A DNA stretch of 63,484 nucleotides from Clostridia bacterium (lineage in GTDB: Bacteria > Bacillota > Clostridia > Oscillospirales > CAG-272): assembly GCA_017959065.1 (NCBI GenBank), contig JAGDBK010000003.1, forward strand, positions 1-63,484. The letters run 5' to 3'. The translations under genes and the position numbers were made by a program. The notes below the pieces were generated by a model. That model ran no database searches, was not told the DNA's origin, and saw nothing but the letters and a program-made list of their open reading frames with translations. Every line of letters starts with the position of its first letter. Within the stretch, counting starts at the first letter, position 1. Of this stretch, positions 46,857 through 56,288 are shown piece by piece.

Positions 46857-47741
46857 TCAGTCCATTGTGTATCCGAAATTCGAGATATTGGCCTCACTGT
46901 CCCGCCAGTTGCGCTTTACTTTTACCCATAGGTTGAGATACACTTTTGTCCCGAAAAACAGTTCCAGGTCCTCCCTGGCGCGTGTTCCGACCGTTTTGAG
47001 CGTCTCTCCGTTCTTCCCGACTATGATGCCTTTATGAGAATCCTTTTCGCAGAAGATCTCCGCCCTGATCCTAATTATGGATTCTTCGTCCTTGAAATCC
47101 TCGATCATTACTGCGGTACCGTGAGGGACTTCCTTGTCCAGAGTCCTCAGAAGTTTTTCCCTGATCACTTCAGCCGCATACTGCCTTTCGGGCTGATCAG
47201 TGAATATCCCTTCGGGGAAAAACCACTCGTGTTCGGTGAGAAAGGCCGAAGCTTCTTTCAGTATAATATCTGTTCCGTCGTTCTTCTTGGCGCAAACCGG
47301 AACGACAGCATCGAAGCTGTAGTATTCGGAAAATACTTTTATGGTTTCGGCAATTTTCTCCGGCGTCGAAACATCGGTCTTGTTGATAACGAGTATAGAA
47401 TGCATCCCGCCGGACCTTATCTGGTCGATTATGTTTCTTTCGGTTGGACCTACCTTGTCTCCTGCTTCGACTGTAAGAACGGCAATGTCAGAATCCGACA
47501 GGGCCGAGAGCGCCGTCTTGTCCATGAACTCCCCCAGCTTGTTGTGGGGACGGTGCACGCCCGGGGTATCGAGAAAAACAAACTGATCGTCTCCCGAAGA
47601 TAGTATGCCTGTAATGCGGTTTCTTGTAGTTTGGGGCTTGTTTGAGACCATGGAGACCTTTTCACCCAGTATTGAGTTCAAAAGTGTAGACTTCCCTACG
47701 TTCGGCCTTCCGACGATAGCTATAAATGCAGTTCTTTTCAT
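46857..47741 (-). CDS. era: GTPase Era
   Basis: GRPNVGKST, DTPG, NKTD and a KH domain. Confidence 0.9.
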   Translation of the reverse strand: MKRTAFIAIVGRPNVGKSTLLNSILGEKVSMVSNKPQTTRNRITGILSSGDDQFVFLDTPGVHRPHNKLGEFMDKTALSALSDSDIAVLTVEAGDKVGPTERNIIDQIRSGGMHSILVINKTDVSTPEKIAETIKVFSEYYSFDAVVPVCAKKNDGTDIILKEASAFLTEHEWFFPEGIFTDQPERQYAAEVIREKLLRTLDKEVPHGTAVMIEDFKDEESIIRIRAEIFCEKDSHKGIIVGKNGETLKTVGTRAREDLELFFGTKVYLNLWVKVKRNWRDSEANISNFGYTMD

Positions 47742-47765
47742 AATACGCTCCGAAATAATAATGTG

Positions 47766-48230
47766 TCAGACTTCAAGGCCCATTTTTTTCATGACGGACC
47801 GCTGCCTCATGCGCATCTCTTCATCCTCTTCCGGATCTTCGTGATCGTATCCTAGAAGATGAAGAGTTGAATGAGCGCATAGGAAGGCGAGTTCCCTTTC
47901 AAAAGAATGGCCGTATTCCTCCGCCTGCCTTCTGGCGTGTTCAAGGGATACGACTATGTCTCCGAGGATCCGTATCCTTTTTCCGCGGATCACCGCATCC
48001 TCAAAAAACGGAAAGGAAAGAACGTCAGTCGGCGCGTCTACTCCCCGGTATTCTGCATTGAGCTCCTTGATATATGCGTCATCGCAGAACGTTACGGAAA
48101 GCGAGCAGTCGTCCGTGACCCTTTCGAGCAGAAGCGTGTTCCTGACTGCCGCTCTCACAAGCAGCATCTGGACGTATCCGACCGAGCTGTCCTTTATCCT
48201 GTTTGAGAAATCTATCGTTAACTGTTTCAC
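47766..48230 (-). CDS. ybeY: rRNA maturation RNase YbeY
   Basis: HSTLHLLGYDH metal motif. Confidence 0.85.
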   Translation of the reverse strand: MKQLTIDFSNRIKDSSVGYVQMLLVRAAVRNTLLLERVTDDCSLSVTFCDDAYIKELNAEYRGVDAPTDVLSFPFFEDAVIRGKRIRILGDIVVSLEHARRQAEEYGHSFERELAFLCAHSTLHLLGYDHEDPEEDEEMRMRQRSVMKKMGLEV

Positions 48231-49240
48231 GGCTTTCTTTTCACGGAGAACCTTGACGCGGCTCCCTCCCCTTTCTCGTATTTCTCATACGCACCGATGA
48301 TCTTCCTGACCAGTCTGTGGCGTACGACGTCCATCTCTGTGAATCTGTGCACGGAGATGTCATCGATCCCTTCAAGTATCTTCACTGCTGTGACGAGACC
48401 GCTTCGCTTGCCGAACGGAAGATCGATCTGAGTTATATCGCCGGTAACTACCGCTTTTGAATTGAAACCGAGCCTGGTCAGAAACATTTTCATCTGTTCG
48501 GAAGTGGTGTTCTGGGCCTCGTCCAGGATAATGAACGAATCATCCAGCGTTCTGCCTCTCATGTACGCGAGAGGTGCGATCTCGATAACGTTCTTTTCCC
48601 GGAGCTTTATGTAGGTCTCCGGTCCGAGAAGCTCGTACAGCGCATCGTAAAGGGGCCTCAGATAAGGTTCGATCTTGTTCTGAAGATCACCGGGCAGGAA
48701 GCCGAGCTTTTCTCCCGCTTCGACGGCGGGACGGGTCAGTATTATCCTGGAGGTCTCCTTGGATCTGAGGGAATTGACTGCCATTGCGACTGCAAGGAAC
48801 GTCTTTCCCGTTCCGGCAGGACCTATACCGAACGTAACTGTATTGTTTTTTATCGAATTGACATATGCGTTCTGACCGGTAGTTTTAGCCTTTATGAGCT
48901 TCCCTTTTGACGATATGCAGATATAACCCTTGGAGAAGCTTTCTACTTCGGGATCATGGCCGTTGATGAGCATCTGACAGATATAGTCGACGTTCTGTTC
49001 CGGAATGTTCTCTTCAGTTTTTGACAGCTTTTTAAGAGATTCGACAGCCTGGGCGGCCTTCTCTACCAGAAACAAGTCTTCACCGGATATCCTGACGGAA
49101 TCCCCTTCGTTCCCGGGAGCCGCGCTGTTGGAGACAGTTACTGAAAATGTATCCTCGAGCTTTTTGATGTTGGAATCGAAAGGTCCGAAGATCGAGGCCG
49201 TCTGACGGGCCGAGTCAGTTCTGACTGATTTTTCAAACAT
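48227..49240 (-). CDS. phoH: PhoH-family ATPase
   Basis: GPAGTGKTFLAVA Walker A, DEAQN. Confidence 0.85.
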   Translation of the reverse strand: MFEKSVRTDSARQTASIFGPFDSNIKKLEDTFSVTVSNSAAPGNEGDSVRISGEDLFLVEKAAQAVESLKKLSKTEENIPEQNVDYICQMLINGHDPEVESFSKGYICISSKGKLIKAKTTGQNAYVNSIKNNTVTFGIGPAGTGKTFLAVAMAVNSLRSKETSRIILTRPAVEAGEKLGFLPGDLQNKIEPYLRPLYDALYELLGPETYIKLREKNVIEIAPLAYMRGRTLDDSFIILDEAQNTTSEQMKMFLTRLGFNSKAVVTGDITQIDLPFGKRSGLVTAVKILEGIDDISVHRFTEMDVVRHRLVRKIIGAYEKYEKGEGAASRFSVKRKP

Positions 49241-49325
49241 ATTTTGACCTCTTTGAATGAAACCCGCAGTGGCCCGTATACAGAAAGCTCGCCGTTAATC
49301 GTATGAGCCCGAGGACACCCGGATG

Positions 49326-49354
49326 TTGAAATCGTTATCAGGCTATGGTATAAT
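49326..49354 (+). promoter_or_regulatory. Sigma-A promoter (TTGAAA-17-TGgTATAAT) for the small Cys-rich ORF
   Basis: TTGAAA at 49326-49331 and TATAAT at 49349-49354, with TGG immediately upstream. Confidence 0.65.
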
Positions 49355-49376
49355 CAAACAGGAGATGATTTGAGGA

Positions 49377-49592
49377 ATGAAAAAAAACAATTTGGAATAT
49401 GAGAAAAGCTGCGTGTACTGCGAGCACTCCATACCGCTTGCGGTCGATTCGGAAGTACTGTGCGCCAAACGGGGCGTCGTAGGCGTAAATCACAGATGCC
49501 GCAGATTTGTATTTGACCCTCTGAAAATCGTTCCGCGCCGCAGAGAGCCGGATCCCGCGCAGCAGTCGATAGAACCGGAAGCGCTGGAATGA
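49377..49592 (+). CDS. Hypothetical small Cys-rich protein (71 aa)
   Basis: CVYC...C...C pattern. Has its own strong promoter, an AGGAG 13 nt upstream and a downstream terminator. Confidence 0.5.
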   Translation: MKKNNLEYEKSCVYCEHSIPLAVDSEVLCAKRGVVGVNHRCRRFVFDPLKIVPRRREPDPAQQSIEPEALE

Positions 49593-49633
49593 GATCATTC
49601 ATTCACGATATTAAGAAAAATGTAGGACAAAAA

Positions 49634-49680
49634 CCGGAAAGGTCAGGGTCGACCTTACCGGCTTTCGTCCTTCTTTTTTT
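49634..49680. terminator. Bidirectional terminator
   Basis: CCGGAAAGGTC / GACCTTACCGG stem (one mismatch) with U-runs on both strands. Confidence 0.6.
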
Positions 49681-51178
49681 ATCCGTAGAAATTTTTGTGC
49701 ATCTGGTTTATCTTTCTTACTATTTTCTGAATGAAAGCGTTAACATCGTCGCCGCCCTCATCCATATCGGTCATGACGACAACCACGTAAGGCTTGTCAG
49801 CATATACGATGCCGGCATCATGGTAGGCGTCCGCGTCCCATCCGTACTTGTGGGCAGTCGTGGTCGGGTAAACGGCGCTTGGGATCAGAATGTTGAATTT
49901 GGTGGAAGTCAGATAACCCTTAAGCAGTTCGCCGAAACGCTCATCGCTCTCCATGAATTCGTATACGAACCTGAGAAATTTTCCAGCGTCCTGTGCGGAA
50001 AGGCTGTTGAAACCGTAATTTATGCTTTTTACCCCGAGTCTGGCTGCGTCGGCGTAAAACGAATCGTAGCCGAAAGTATTCCTCAGTTCGTAAAAAGCGG
50101 TATTGTCGCTGTCTCTGATGGAATACTCGATAAGCTGGAGATATGTGAATTCTTCCCCCGCGGGCGTGTTGTAGAGTTTTCCTGATCCGGTCTTTTTCGC
50201 GGCATCGGTGAGAACCCAGGTCTGATGTTCTATATCATATTTTTCATTCTTGAAAACGAGTTCCCCGTCATTGTTTACTCGGTCTTCCTCGGCCGCTTTA
50301 TAAGCGGCTGAGACGTCTTCGAGCAGCGAGGTTATGTAGAATGCTTTGATAACGCTGGCGCTGAACCAGACTTTGTCAGCGTTGTATGAATACCTGAAAC
50401 CCGTGGCAAGGTCTTCATAGTATACCGAAATCTGAGGATATTCGTAGAGGTCCTTCTCAGTTATCTCATTGCCGTCCTCGTCGAGATCGCCTACCTTGAC
50501 GACCTCAGGATCTATGCCTTCTTTGAGATTGTGGAGAGGAGCTTCTTCCTCGATTATCTCTGTCAGTTCGTTGACAAGCTCGACCTGAGTCCTAATGTCT
50601 ACGGCATAAATGGATTTGTAGCTTTCAATGCTTTCGGTGAGGGCCGCGATCTCCGCAGTCTTTTCTTCGATCTGTTTTGACAGATATGCCTCGCGGTCGT
50701 TGGAGTCAAGTCCGAGCATCTCGACCTTCTTTGTCAGTTCTTCTTTTTCGGACGTGAGGCTGCTTAACTCCTCGAGCGCTTCGCCGTATCTTTTCTGGAG
50801 ATCCGCAAGCTTTCCTTCAATTTCCTTCATATCGATCGCGGCATCGGAACTTCTGGACGCAGTCAGGACAGTTATGACCGCGGCTGAGATGATAACGGCG
50901 ACAAGAAGTATTATCAGTACTTTTTCAAGAGTTGTCAGCCCTTTTTTCTTCTCCCGCAAGGATCGGTTTGAAGGCGCGGAAGCAGTCTGGATCTGAACAT
51001 CCTGGCGCGGCTGAGAGCGCACGGCAGCCGGAGCCGCGGGGCGTTCCGCTTGAACGGCCTTTGTATTCGGAAGATTCTTTCCGGCGGGATATCTGGCCGC
51101 TCTTGGAGGATTGGTGCCTCTGATGTTCATATTATTCGCTGTTTTTGCCGGCTTGTCATTCTGATTGTAGATATTCAT
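49679..51178 (-). CDS. Membrane-anchored class A beta-lactamase-like serine hydrolase with an N-terminal coiled coil
   Basis: SVIK (SxxK), SDN and HKYG (KTG-like) motifs. One TM segment and a heptad-rich linker. I prefer the ATG at 51178. Confidence 0.65.
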   Translation of the reverse strand: MNIYNQNDKPAKTANNMNIRGTNPPRAARYPAGKNLPNTKAVQAERPAAPAAVRSQPRQDVQIQTASAPSNRSLREKKKGLTTLEKVLIILLVAVIISAAVITVLTASRSSDAAIDMKEIEGKLADLQKRYGEALEELSSLTSEKEELTKKVEMLGLDSNDREAYLSKQIEEKTAEIAALTESIESYKSIYAVDIRTQVELVNELTEIIEEEAPLHNLKEGIDPEVVKVGDLDEDGNEITEKDLYEYPQISVYYEDLATGFRYSYNADKVWFSASVIKAFYITSLLEDVSAAYKAAEEDRVNNDGELVFKNEKYDIEHQTWVLTDAAKKTGSGKLYNTPAGEEFTYLQLIEYSIRDSDNTAFYELRNTFGYDSFYADAARLGVKSINYGFNSLSAQDAGKFLRFVYEFMESDERFGELLKGYLTSTKFNILIPSAVYPTTTAHKYGWDADAYHDAGIVYADKPYVVVVMTDMDEGGDDVNAFIQKIVRKINQMHKNFYG

Positions 51179-51212
51179 GATAAATACCACTTTAATCGAA
51201 TCATAGCATGGA

Positions 51213-51506
51213 TCATTTTATAAGATCGTTGTAAAAGATGATCTCTTCAGGAAGTCTGAGATTCAGGCGTTCCTTGGCGACTCTCACTATGTAATCCTCA
51301 TCGATCGGGGTGTTGAGTTCGTTTTTAAGTTTGTCTATGCTGATGTTGTAATCGCTTACTGTTTTTTCAAGGTCGTTTTTCTTCTGCTGCAGTCGGTTGA
51401 ACTCCAGCTGCGTGTTGAGAACAAACAGGAAGCAGAAGATGATAAAAGCCCCTATAGCCAACCTGATGAAGATATTCATCTTTTTTCCGGACAGGGATTT
51501 TTTCAT
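51213..51506 (-). CDS. divIC: Septum formation initiator (FtsB/DivIC family)
   Basis: 97 aa, TM plus coiled coil, ...IVRVAKERLNL... Confidence 0.7.
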   Translation of the reverse strand: MKKSLSGKKMNIFIRLAIGAFIIFCFLFVLNTQLEFNRLQQKKNDLEKTVSDYNISIDKLKNELNTPIDEDYIVRVAKERLNLRLPEEIIFYNDLIK

Positions 51507-51551
51507 TTAAAACTCCTAATAATTGAAATAGCGATAATAACGAATGATCTG

Positions 51552-51794
51552 TCAGCTGATAATCTCATAAAGAGAAGAAGCTTCTTCCTTTTTGACCTGT
51601 TCTCTGACATCGCGGACGATAAAACGGAGAGTTTTATCACCGAATCTGATCTCCACGGTGTCTCCTGTCTTAACATTGTAAGAAGCTTTCGCGGGCCTCC
51701 CGTTCACTGTTACGTGATCTGCGTCGCATGCGTCGTTGGCAACAGTTCTGCGCTTGATTATTCTAGATATTTTGAGAAATTTATCCAGTCTCAT
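51552..51794 (-). CDS. S4-domain RNA-binding protein (YabO/Hsp15-like)
   Basis: MRLDKFLKISRIIKRRTVA... Confidence 0.75.
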   Translation of the reverse strand: MRLDKFLKISRIIKRRTVANDACDADHVTVNGRPAKASYNVKTGDTVEIRFGDKTLRFIVRDVREQVKKEEASSLYEIIS

Positions 51795-51937
51795 CTGAAA
51801 AATGACCTCCGGAAATACAGAATCTGTCTGTTAATGCGAGCTCCGGGAAAATGCCTTATACACGAATACTGGCAGTATGATAATTATATCATACTGCCAG
51901 CGTCAAATCTTTAGTTTATAAATAAATTTCTAAGGAA

Positions 51938-52222
51938 TTATTTCTTTTTGGAGTTTACAACAGTTTTAAGGGACTTGCCGGTAGTAAAGGAAACATGCTT
52001 GGATGCAGGAATCGTCATAGCTTTGCCGGTCGCAGGGTTTCTGCCTTTGCGGGATGCTCTCTTCTTAACGTCGAAAGTACCGAAACCAACAAGCTGTACC
52101 TTCTCGCCTTTCTTAAGAGAGTCGGTAATGGCAGCGATTGTAGCCTTAACAGCTGCCTCGGCATCCTTCTTCTTGAGATTGCCGGACTTTGCTACTGCAT
52201 CGATCAACTGTGTCTTGTTCAT
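51938..52222 (-). CDS. hup: DNA-binding protein HU
   Basis: MNKTQLIDAVA...VQLVGFGTF...GRNPATG. The ATG at 52222 is 7 nt after AGGTGA; the ORF-track GTG lies inside the SD. Confidence 0.9.
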   Translation of the reverse strand: MNKTQLIDAVAKSGNLKKKDAEAAVKATIAAITDSLKKGEKVQLVGFGTFDVKKRASRKGRNPATGKAMTIPASKHVSFTTGKSLKTVVNSKKK

Positions 52223-52425
52223 GTTAGTCACCTTTCTAAAAATTTTTATTTAAAGCCGCAGCGGAAAAAAACCGTAACTACAGCTTTACCATTGCAATAT
52301 TATATCACAGTAATAAAGGAACGACAAGAGGTTTTATTCATTTTTGACAGCGAAAATGCAAACAATATGAGTAAAATACGTTATTCGGATGCTGAGGGAC
52401 GATCCGCACCGAAAAATACCGGCGT

Positions 52426-53172
52426 TCAGCCGAGCCCTTCAGATTTGCGAACAGTGCGGATCTTGTCTTCAAGAACGTCATTGAGCGCCTTCTCGCTGTC
52501 GGTGCCAAGAATGCAGGACAGTCTTGTAATATCGAAAAGGAGGTTCCCGATCAGTTCTTCCCTCTCCCGGGCCGAACTGTCGGCTGAGATCTTTGAGAGA
52601 GCATTGATCTTTTCGAATGCGTCTGGGAGGATATCCCCGGTATCTGTCATCCGGGCGTCTGATGAGGAGATCAGTTTCCGGTACATTTTCGAGGCTCTCA
52701 TAAGTGCAGGCAGCGACGGAGGGATCGATTCAAGGGAACTGGACAGAGTCTTTCTCTGTTTTTCTATGTTTTTGGCTTTTTCCCAGTTTTTAAGAGCTTC
52801 TTCACTGTCCACTTTTCCTTCCGAGGAAAAAACGTGAGGATGTCTGTCGATCAGTTTGCGGCATGTTCCGTTTATCACGTCGCCTATATCGAACGATCCG
52901 GTTTCCTTTTCCATCTGAGCGTGGAAGACGATCTGCATCAGAACGTCGCCGAGTTCTTCCTTAAGAAGATCGGAGTCAGCTTTGTCGATAGCTTCTACGG
53001 CCTCGTATGTCTCCTCGATAAGGTTGCCCCTGATACTCAGATGATCCTGTTCGCGGTCCCAGGGACATCCGTCCTTTCCGCGCAGGATTTCTATTATCGA
53101 ACAGAGATCTCCGAATGAAAAGGAATCCTTTAGCATAAGTTCTTCTTTAGTGGAATTCGGGCTTCTTTCCAT
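52426..53172 (-). CDS. mazG: MazG nucleoside triphosphate pyrophosphohydrolase
   Basis: CPWDREQ...EETYEAVEAI... and a second MazG repeat. Confidence 0.8.
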   Translation of the reverse strand: MERSPNSTKEELMLKDSFSFGDLCSIIEILRGKDGCPWDREQDHLSIRGNLIEETYEAVEAIDKADSDLLKEELGDVLMQIVFHAQMEKETGSFDIGDVINGTCRKLIDRHPHVFSSEGKVDSEEALKNWEKAKNIEKQRKTLSSSLESIPPSLPALMRASKMYRKLISSSDARMTDTGDILPDAFEKINALSKISADSSAREREELIGNLLFDITRLSCILGTDSEKALNDVLEDKIRTVRKSEGLG

Positions 53173-53177
53173 GGCGC

Positions 53178-54479
53178 TCAGCCTTTCAGGTAGTCAAAAT
53201 AGTGTTCCTGGATATATCTGAACTCATGTTTCACTTTTTCGATGTCGAGAGTAAGGTATTCTCCGTTTTCGTAAAGGATCTTCCCGTCAGCCATCGTCAT
53301 GAAGACATTGTCCGATTTCATCGAATAGGCAAACGATGCACAGATGTCGTAGGAAGGAATAGTGTTGACGCTGTCCATATCGAGAAGCACTATATCAGCT
53401 TTGAAGCCCGGTTTGATCATTCCGCAGTCGTTTCTTCCCTGGGACCTCGCGCCGTTAACGGTTATGATCGGAACCATCTCGCTGGACCTCGTCTCGCTTG
53501 CATTCCTTGATATTCCCTTGTGAAGAATAGCGGCAAGTCTCATCTCGGAGATTATATCCAGCATATTGTTTGAAGAAGCTCCGTCAGTACCGAGCGCAAT
53601 ATTGACTCCTCCGTCGAGCATTTTTCTTATCGGCATGACGCCGCTCCCCAGTTTGAGGTTGCTCGCAGGGTTGTGAACGGCGGTGACGCCCTTCTCTGCC
53701 ATTATGCTGATGTCTTCATCGGTGACCCATACACAGTGAGCGGCGCTTGCGGGAACGTCAAAAGCGCCGCATCTGAGGAAGAAGCCCGCGGGAGTTGTTC
53801 CGTGTCTCTCGATACACTCGCGCTGCTCCTTCTCCGTCTCCGAAAGATGCATCTGCATGAGAAGTCCGTGTTCAAGAGCATATTCGGATGTGAATCTGAC
53901 AGATCTTTCGGTGTTTGTATATTCTGCGTGCACGCTCATGTCAACGATGATCCTGCCGTCGGCTTCCCCGTTGAACTCTTCGGCAAACGATTTTGCCTCA
54001 CTGAATCTGAAGTTGTCTTCCGGCTTTTCGTTCGGGTCGAATGAAAGGACGGGACGAGTCAGATTGGCCTTTATACCGGTCTCTGAGACAGCTTTTGCCG
54101 TCATCTCCGGAAACATATACATATCTGTGAAAGAGACGGTCCCGCATGAGATCATCTCCGCGATAGCGAGCATGGATCCCGAATATGTGCTCTCGGGAGT
54201 AAGATGATCCTCAGCCGGGAATATCCTCTCGGTCAGCCACTTGTCCAGAGGAAGATCCTCTCCGTAGCCTCTGAAAAGTGTCATCGGGCTGTGACAGTGA
54301 ACATTGTAGAAGCCCGGGCAAAGAAGTTTCCCGGTACAGTCAATTGTCCTGTCAAAACTGCCCTGCGGTCTGTCAGGACCGACATATGTGATCGTGTTTT
54401 TGTCCACGGCGACGAAAAGCTGTTTCTTCTCATCTGCATCGCTCGTAAGGATATTTGCGTTTTTAAACAGGTAACTCAT
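53178..54479 (-). CDS. mtaD: Amidohydrolase, 5-methylthioadenosine/S-adenosylhomocysteine deaminase-like
   Basis: GFYNVHCHSPMTLFRGYGEDLPLDKWL, and ...GTDG.. Confidence 0.7.
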   Translation of the reverse strand: MSYLFKNANILTSDADEKKQLFVAVDKNTITYVGPDRPQGSFDRTIDCTGKLLCPGFYNVHCHSPMTLFRGYGEDLPLDKWLTERIFPAEDHLTPESTYSGSMLAIAEMISCGTVSFTDMYMFPEMTAKAVSETGIKANLTRPVLSFDPNEKPEDNFRFSEAKSFAEEFNGEADGRIIVDMSVHAEYTNTERSVRFTSEYALEHGLLMQMHLSETEKEQRECIERHGTTPAGFFLRCGAFDVPASAAHCVWVTDEDISIMAEKGVTAVHNPASNLKLGSGVMPIRKMLDGGVNIALGTDGASSNNMLDIISEMRLAAILHKGISRNASETRSSEMVPIITVNGARSQGRNDCGMIKPGFKADIVLLDMDSVNTIPSYDICASFAYSMKSDNVFMTMADGKILYENGEYLTLDIEKVKHEFRYIQEHYFDYLKG

Positions 54480-54494
54480 AACTCTCCCAGCTTA

Positions 54495-55340
54495 TTATTC
54501 CGATTTTCTGTCGATGGAAATAACCATCTCTTCAACGAATTTTTCAAAAAGCGGCGCTATCCTGGCTGCGTTTTCAAGCACCTCTTCGGACGTGAGCGGC
54601 GACTCCGTGATCCCTGCCGCTTTATTAGATACACATGAGATGCACAGTACCCTGATCCCGCAGTGGGCCGCCTGAATGACTTCGGGAACTGTCGACATGC
54701 CGACCACGTCGGCGCCCAGAATCCCAAGCGCTTTTATTTCCGCCGGAGTCTCATACTGCGGACCGGACATGAAGGCATATACGCCCCTTGTCACCGGGAT
54801 CCCGTGTTCGGCGGCAATTCTTTCGGCCTCGACCAGAAGTTCCCTGTCATATGCATTCTGCATGTCTGGAAATCTTGTACCTATATCATCGAGGTTAAGT
54901 CCCCTGAGCGGAGACTGAGCGGTCAGCTTGATATGATCGGTGATAAGTACAAAAGTTCCGGGCTTGGCGGCATCTGTTATTCCGCCGGAGGCATTTGAAA
55001 TTATCAGCGATTTTATGCCGAGAAGCTTCATTACTACGACAGGATAAGCGGACTGCCACATTTCCCATCCTTCGTAGAAATGGAACCTTCCGTTCATCAG
55101 AAGTACCTGAACGCCGCTTATGCTGCAGCTTATCAGTTCGCCTTTCTGGTAGTCCACGGTGGAGATCGGAAAGTTAGGTATTTCCGAATAAGGAATTATT
55201 ATCCTGTCATCGGCTTTCTCGGCTATGGTATCGAGTCCCGAGCCAAGGATAACTGCTGTCTTAGGATGCCTTGACCCGATGACGTTCCGGATGAATTCCG
55301 CGCTCTGCACGTATGTCTCTATTCCAGGTCTGTTATTCAT
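54495..55340 (-). CDS. punA: Purine nucleoside phosphorylase (PNP family)
   Basis: AVILGSGL..., GRFHFYEG, MSTVPEV. Confidence 0.8.
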   Translation of the reverse strand: MNNRPGIETYVQSAEFIRNVIGSRHPKTAVILGSGLDTIAEKADDRIIIPYSEIPNFPISTVDYQKGELISCSISGVQVLLMNGRFHFYEGWEMWQSAYPVVVMKLLGIKSLIISNASGGITDAAKPGTFVLITDHIKLTAQSPLRGLNLDDIGTRFPDMQNAYDRELLVEAERIAAEHGIPVTRGVYAFMSGPQYETPAEIKALGILGADVVGMSTVPEVIQAAHCGIRVLCISCVSNKAAGITESPLTSEEVLENAARIAPLFEKFVEEMVISIDRKSE

Positions 55341-55364
55341 GATATTTGTTTTCCTTCCGTATTG

Positions 55365-56288
55365 TTATGGACCGATAAACTCTCTGTATATCGAACCTTC
55401 CGGAAGCATCTCATCCGGAACCGGTTCGACGGCGGAGAACACTTCACGCAGATAGTCGGCATGATCTCTGTTCGGACCGTTTCTGTCCACCCTGTCCAGT
55501 ATTTCGTCCAGGTCGTCTTTGATCACGCCCGGTTCATACGGCATGAGCGTATCGACTATAATATCGCTTGATTTGTAATAAGGCAGTATATTAACGTCCT
55601 CATTGTCGCATACGCCTTTCCAGAGAGAATATGAATAGTCGGGCTCAGCGGCTCGGAATTTGTAATCTCTGACGAGCCTTCTAAGAAAGCGTATCTCTCT
55701 ACCGTCAAAGACTTCTCCGAATATGCGGATCTTTCTCTCCACGGAAAGGAATATGCTCCCTGATTCATCTGACGGGATCATACTGACTACTTCAGGATAG
55801 ACCGCCTGAATTCCCTCGACGATTATCGTATCGTCTTCACGGGCTGTGACAGTGCTGGAACCGACTGCTTCTCCCGCTATGAAATCATAATCGGGTATGG
55901 TCGCTTCCCTTCCGTTAAAGAGATCGTCAAAAGCCTTTCTCATCGCTTCTAGGTCTATGGCATTTACAGAATCGAAATCCGGACACGGATTGCCATGGTT
56001 GTCTTTGATAGTGGCAAGCACCCTACGGGGTCTGAAAAAGTTGTCCAGCGATACCACTATGACAGGTCTTCCAAGATCTCTGAACCTGGATATAAGCTTC
56101 TTGGACATCGTCGTCTTGCCTGAGCATGAGGGCCCGGACAGCGCGATGATCCTGATCCCTTTTTTTGCCAGGACTCTGTCTACGGCATCCTCAAGTTTGG
56201 CGTCAAACTTTTTTTCGCAAGTGTTTACGTAACGTCTGAGATTTTTCGGATCATCTTGTCTGTTCTTGTATACGATCAAATCAATCAC
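55365..56288 (-). CDS. Uridine kinase-family P-loop nucleoside kinase-like protein
   Basis: LSGPSCSGKTT, SLDNFF, IIVEGI. The start is uncertain (GTG 56288, TTG 56279 or the ORF-track ATG 56336), and all candidates overlap or abut the hemZ stop. Confidence 0.6.
   Translation of the reverse strand: MIDLIVYKNRQDDPKNLRRYVNTCEKKFDAKLEDAVDRVLAKKGIRIIALSGPSCSGKTTMSKKLISRFRDLGRPVIVVSLDNFFRPRRVLATIKDNHGNPCPDFDSVNAIDLEAMRKAFDDLFNGREATIPDYDFIAGEAVGSSTVTAREDDTIIVEGIQAVYPEVVSMIPSDESGSIFLSVERKIRIFGEVFDGREIRFLRRLVRDYKFRAAEPDYSYSLWKGVCDNEDVNILPYYKSSDIIVDTLMPYEPGVIKDDLDEILDRVDRNGPNRDHADYLREVFSAVEPVPDEMLPEGSIYREFIGP

Noticed and set aside
51995-52837. 280-aa plus-strand ORF spanning hup, an intergenic region and mazG
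   Set aside because: It runs antisense through two well-supported genes and across the hup promoter region. It is not plausible as a gene.
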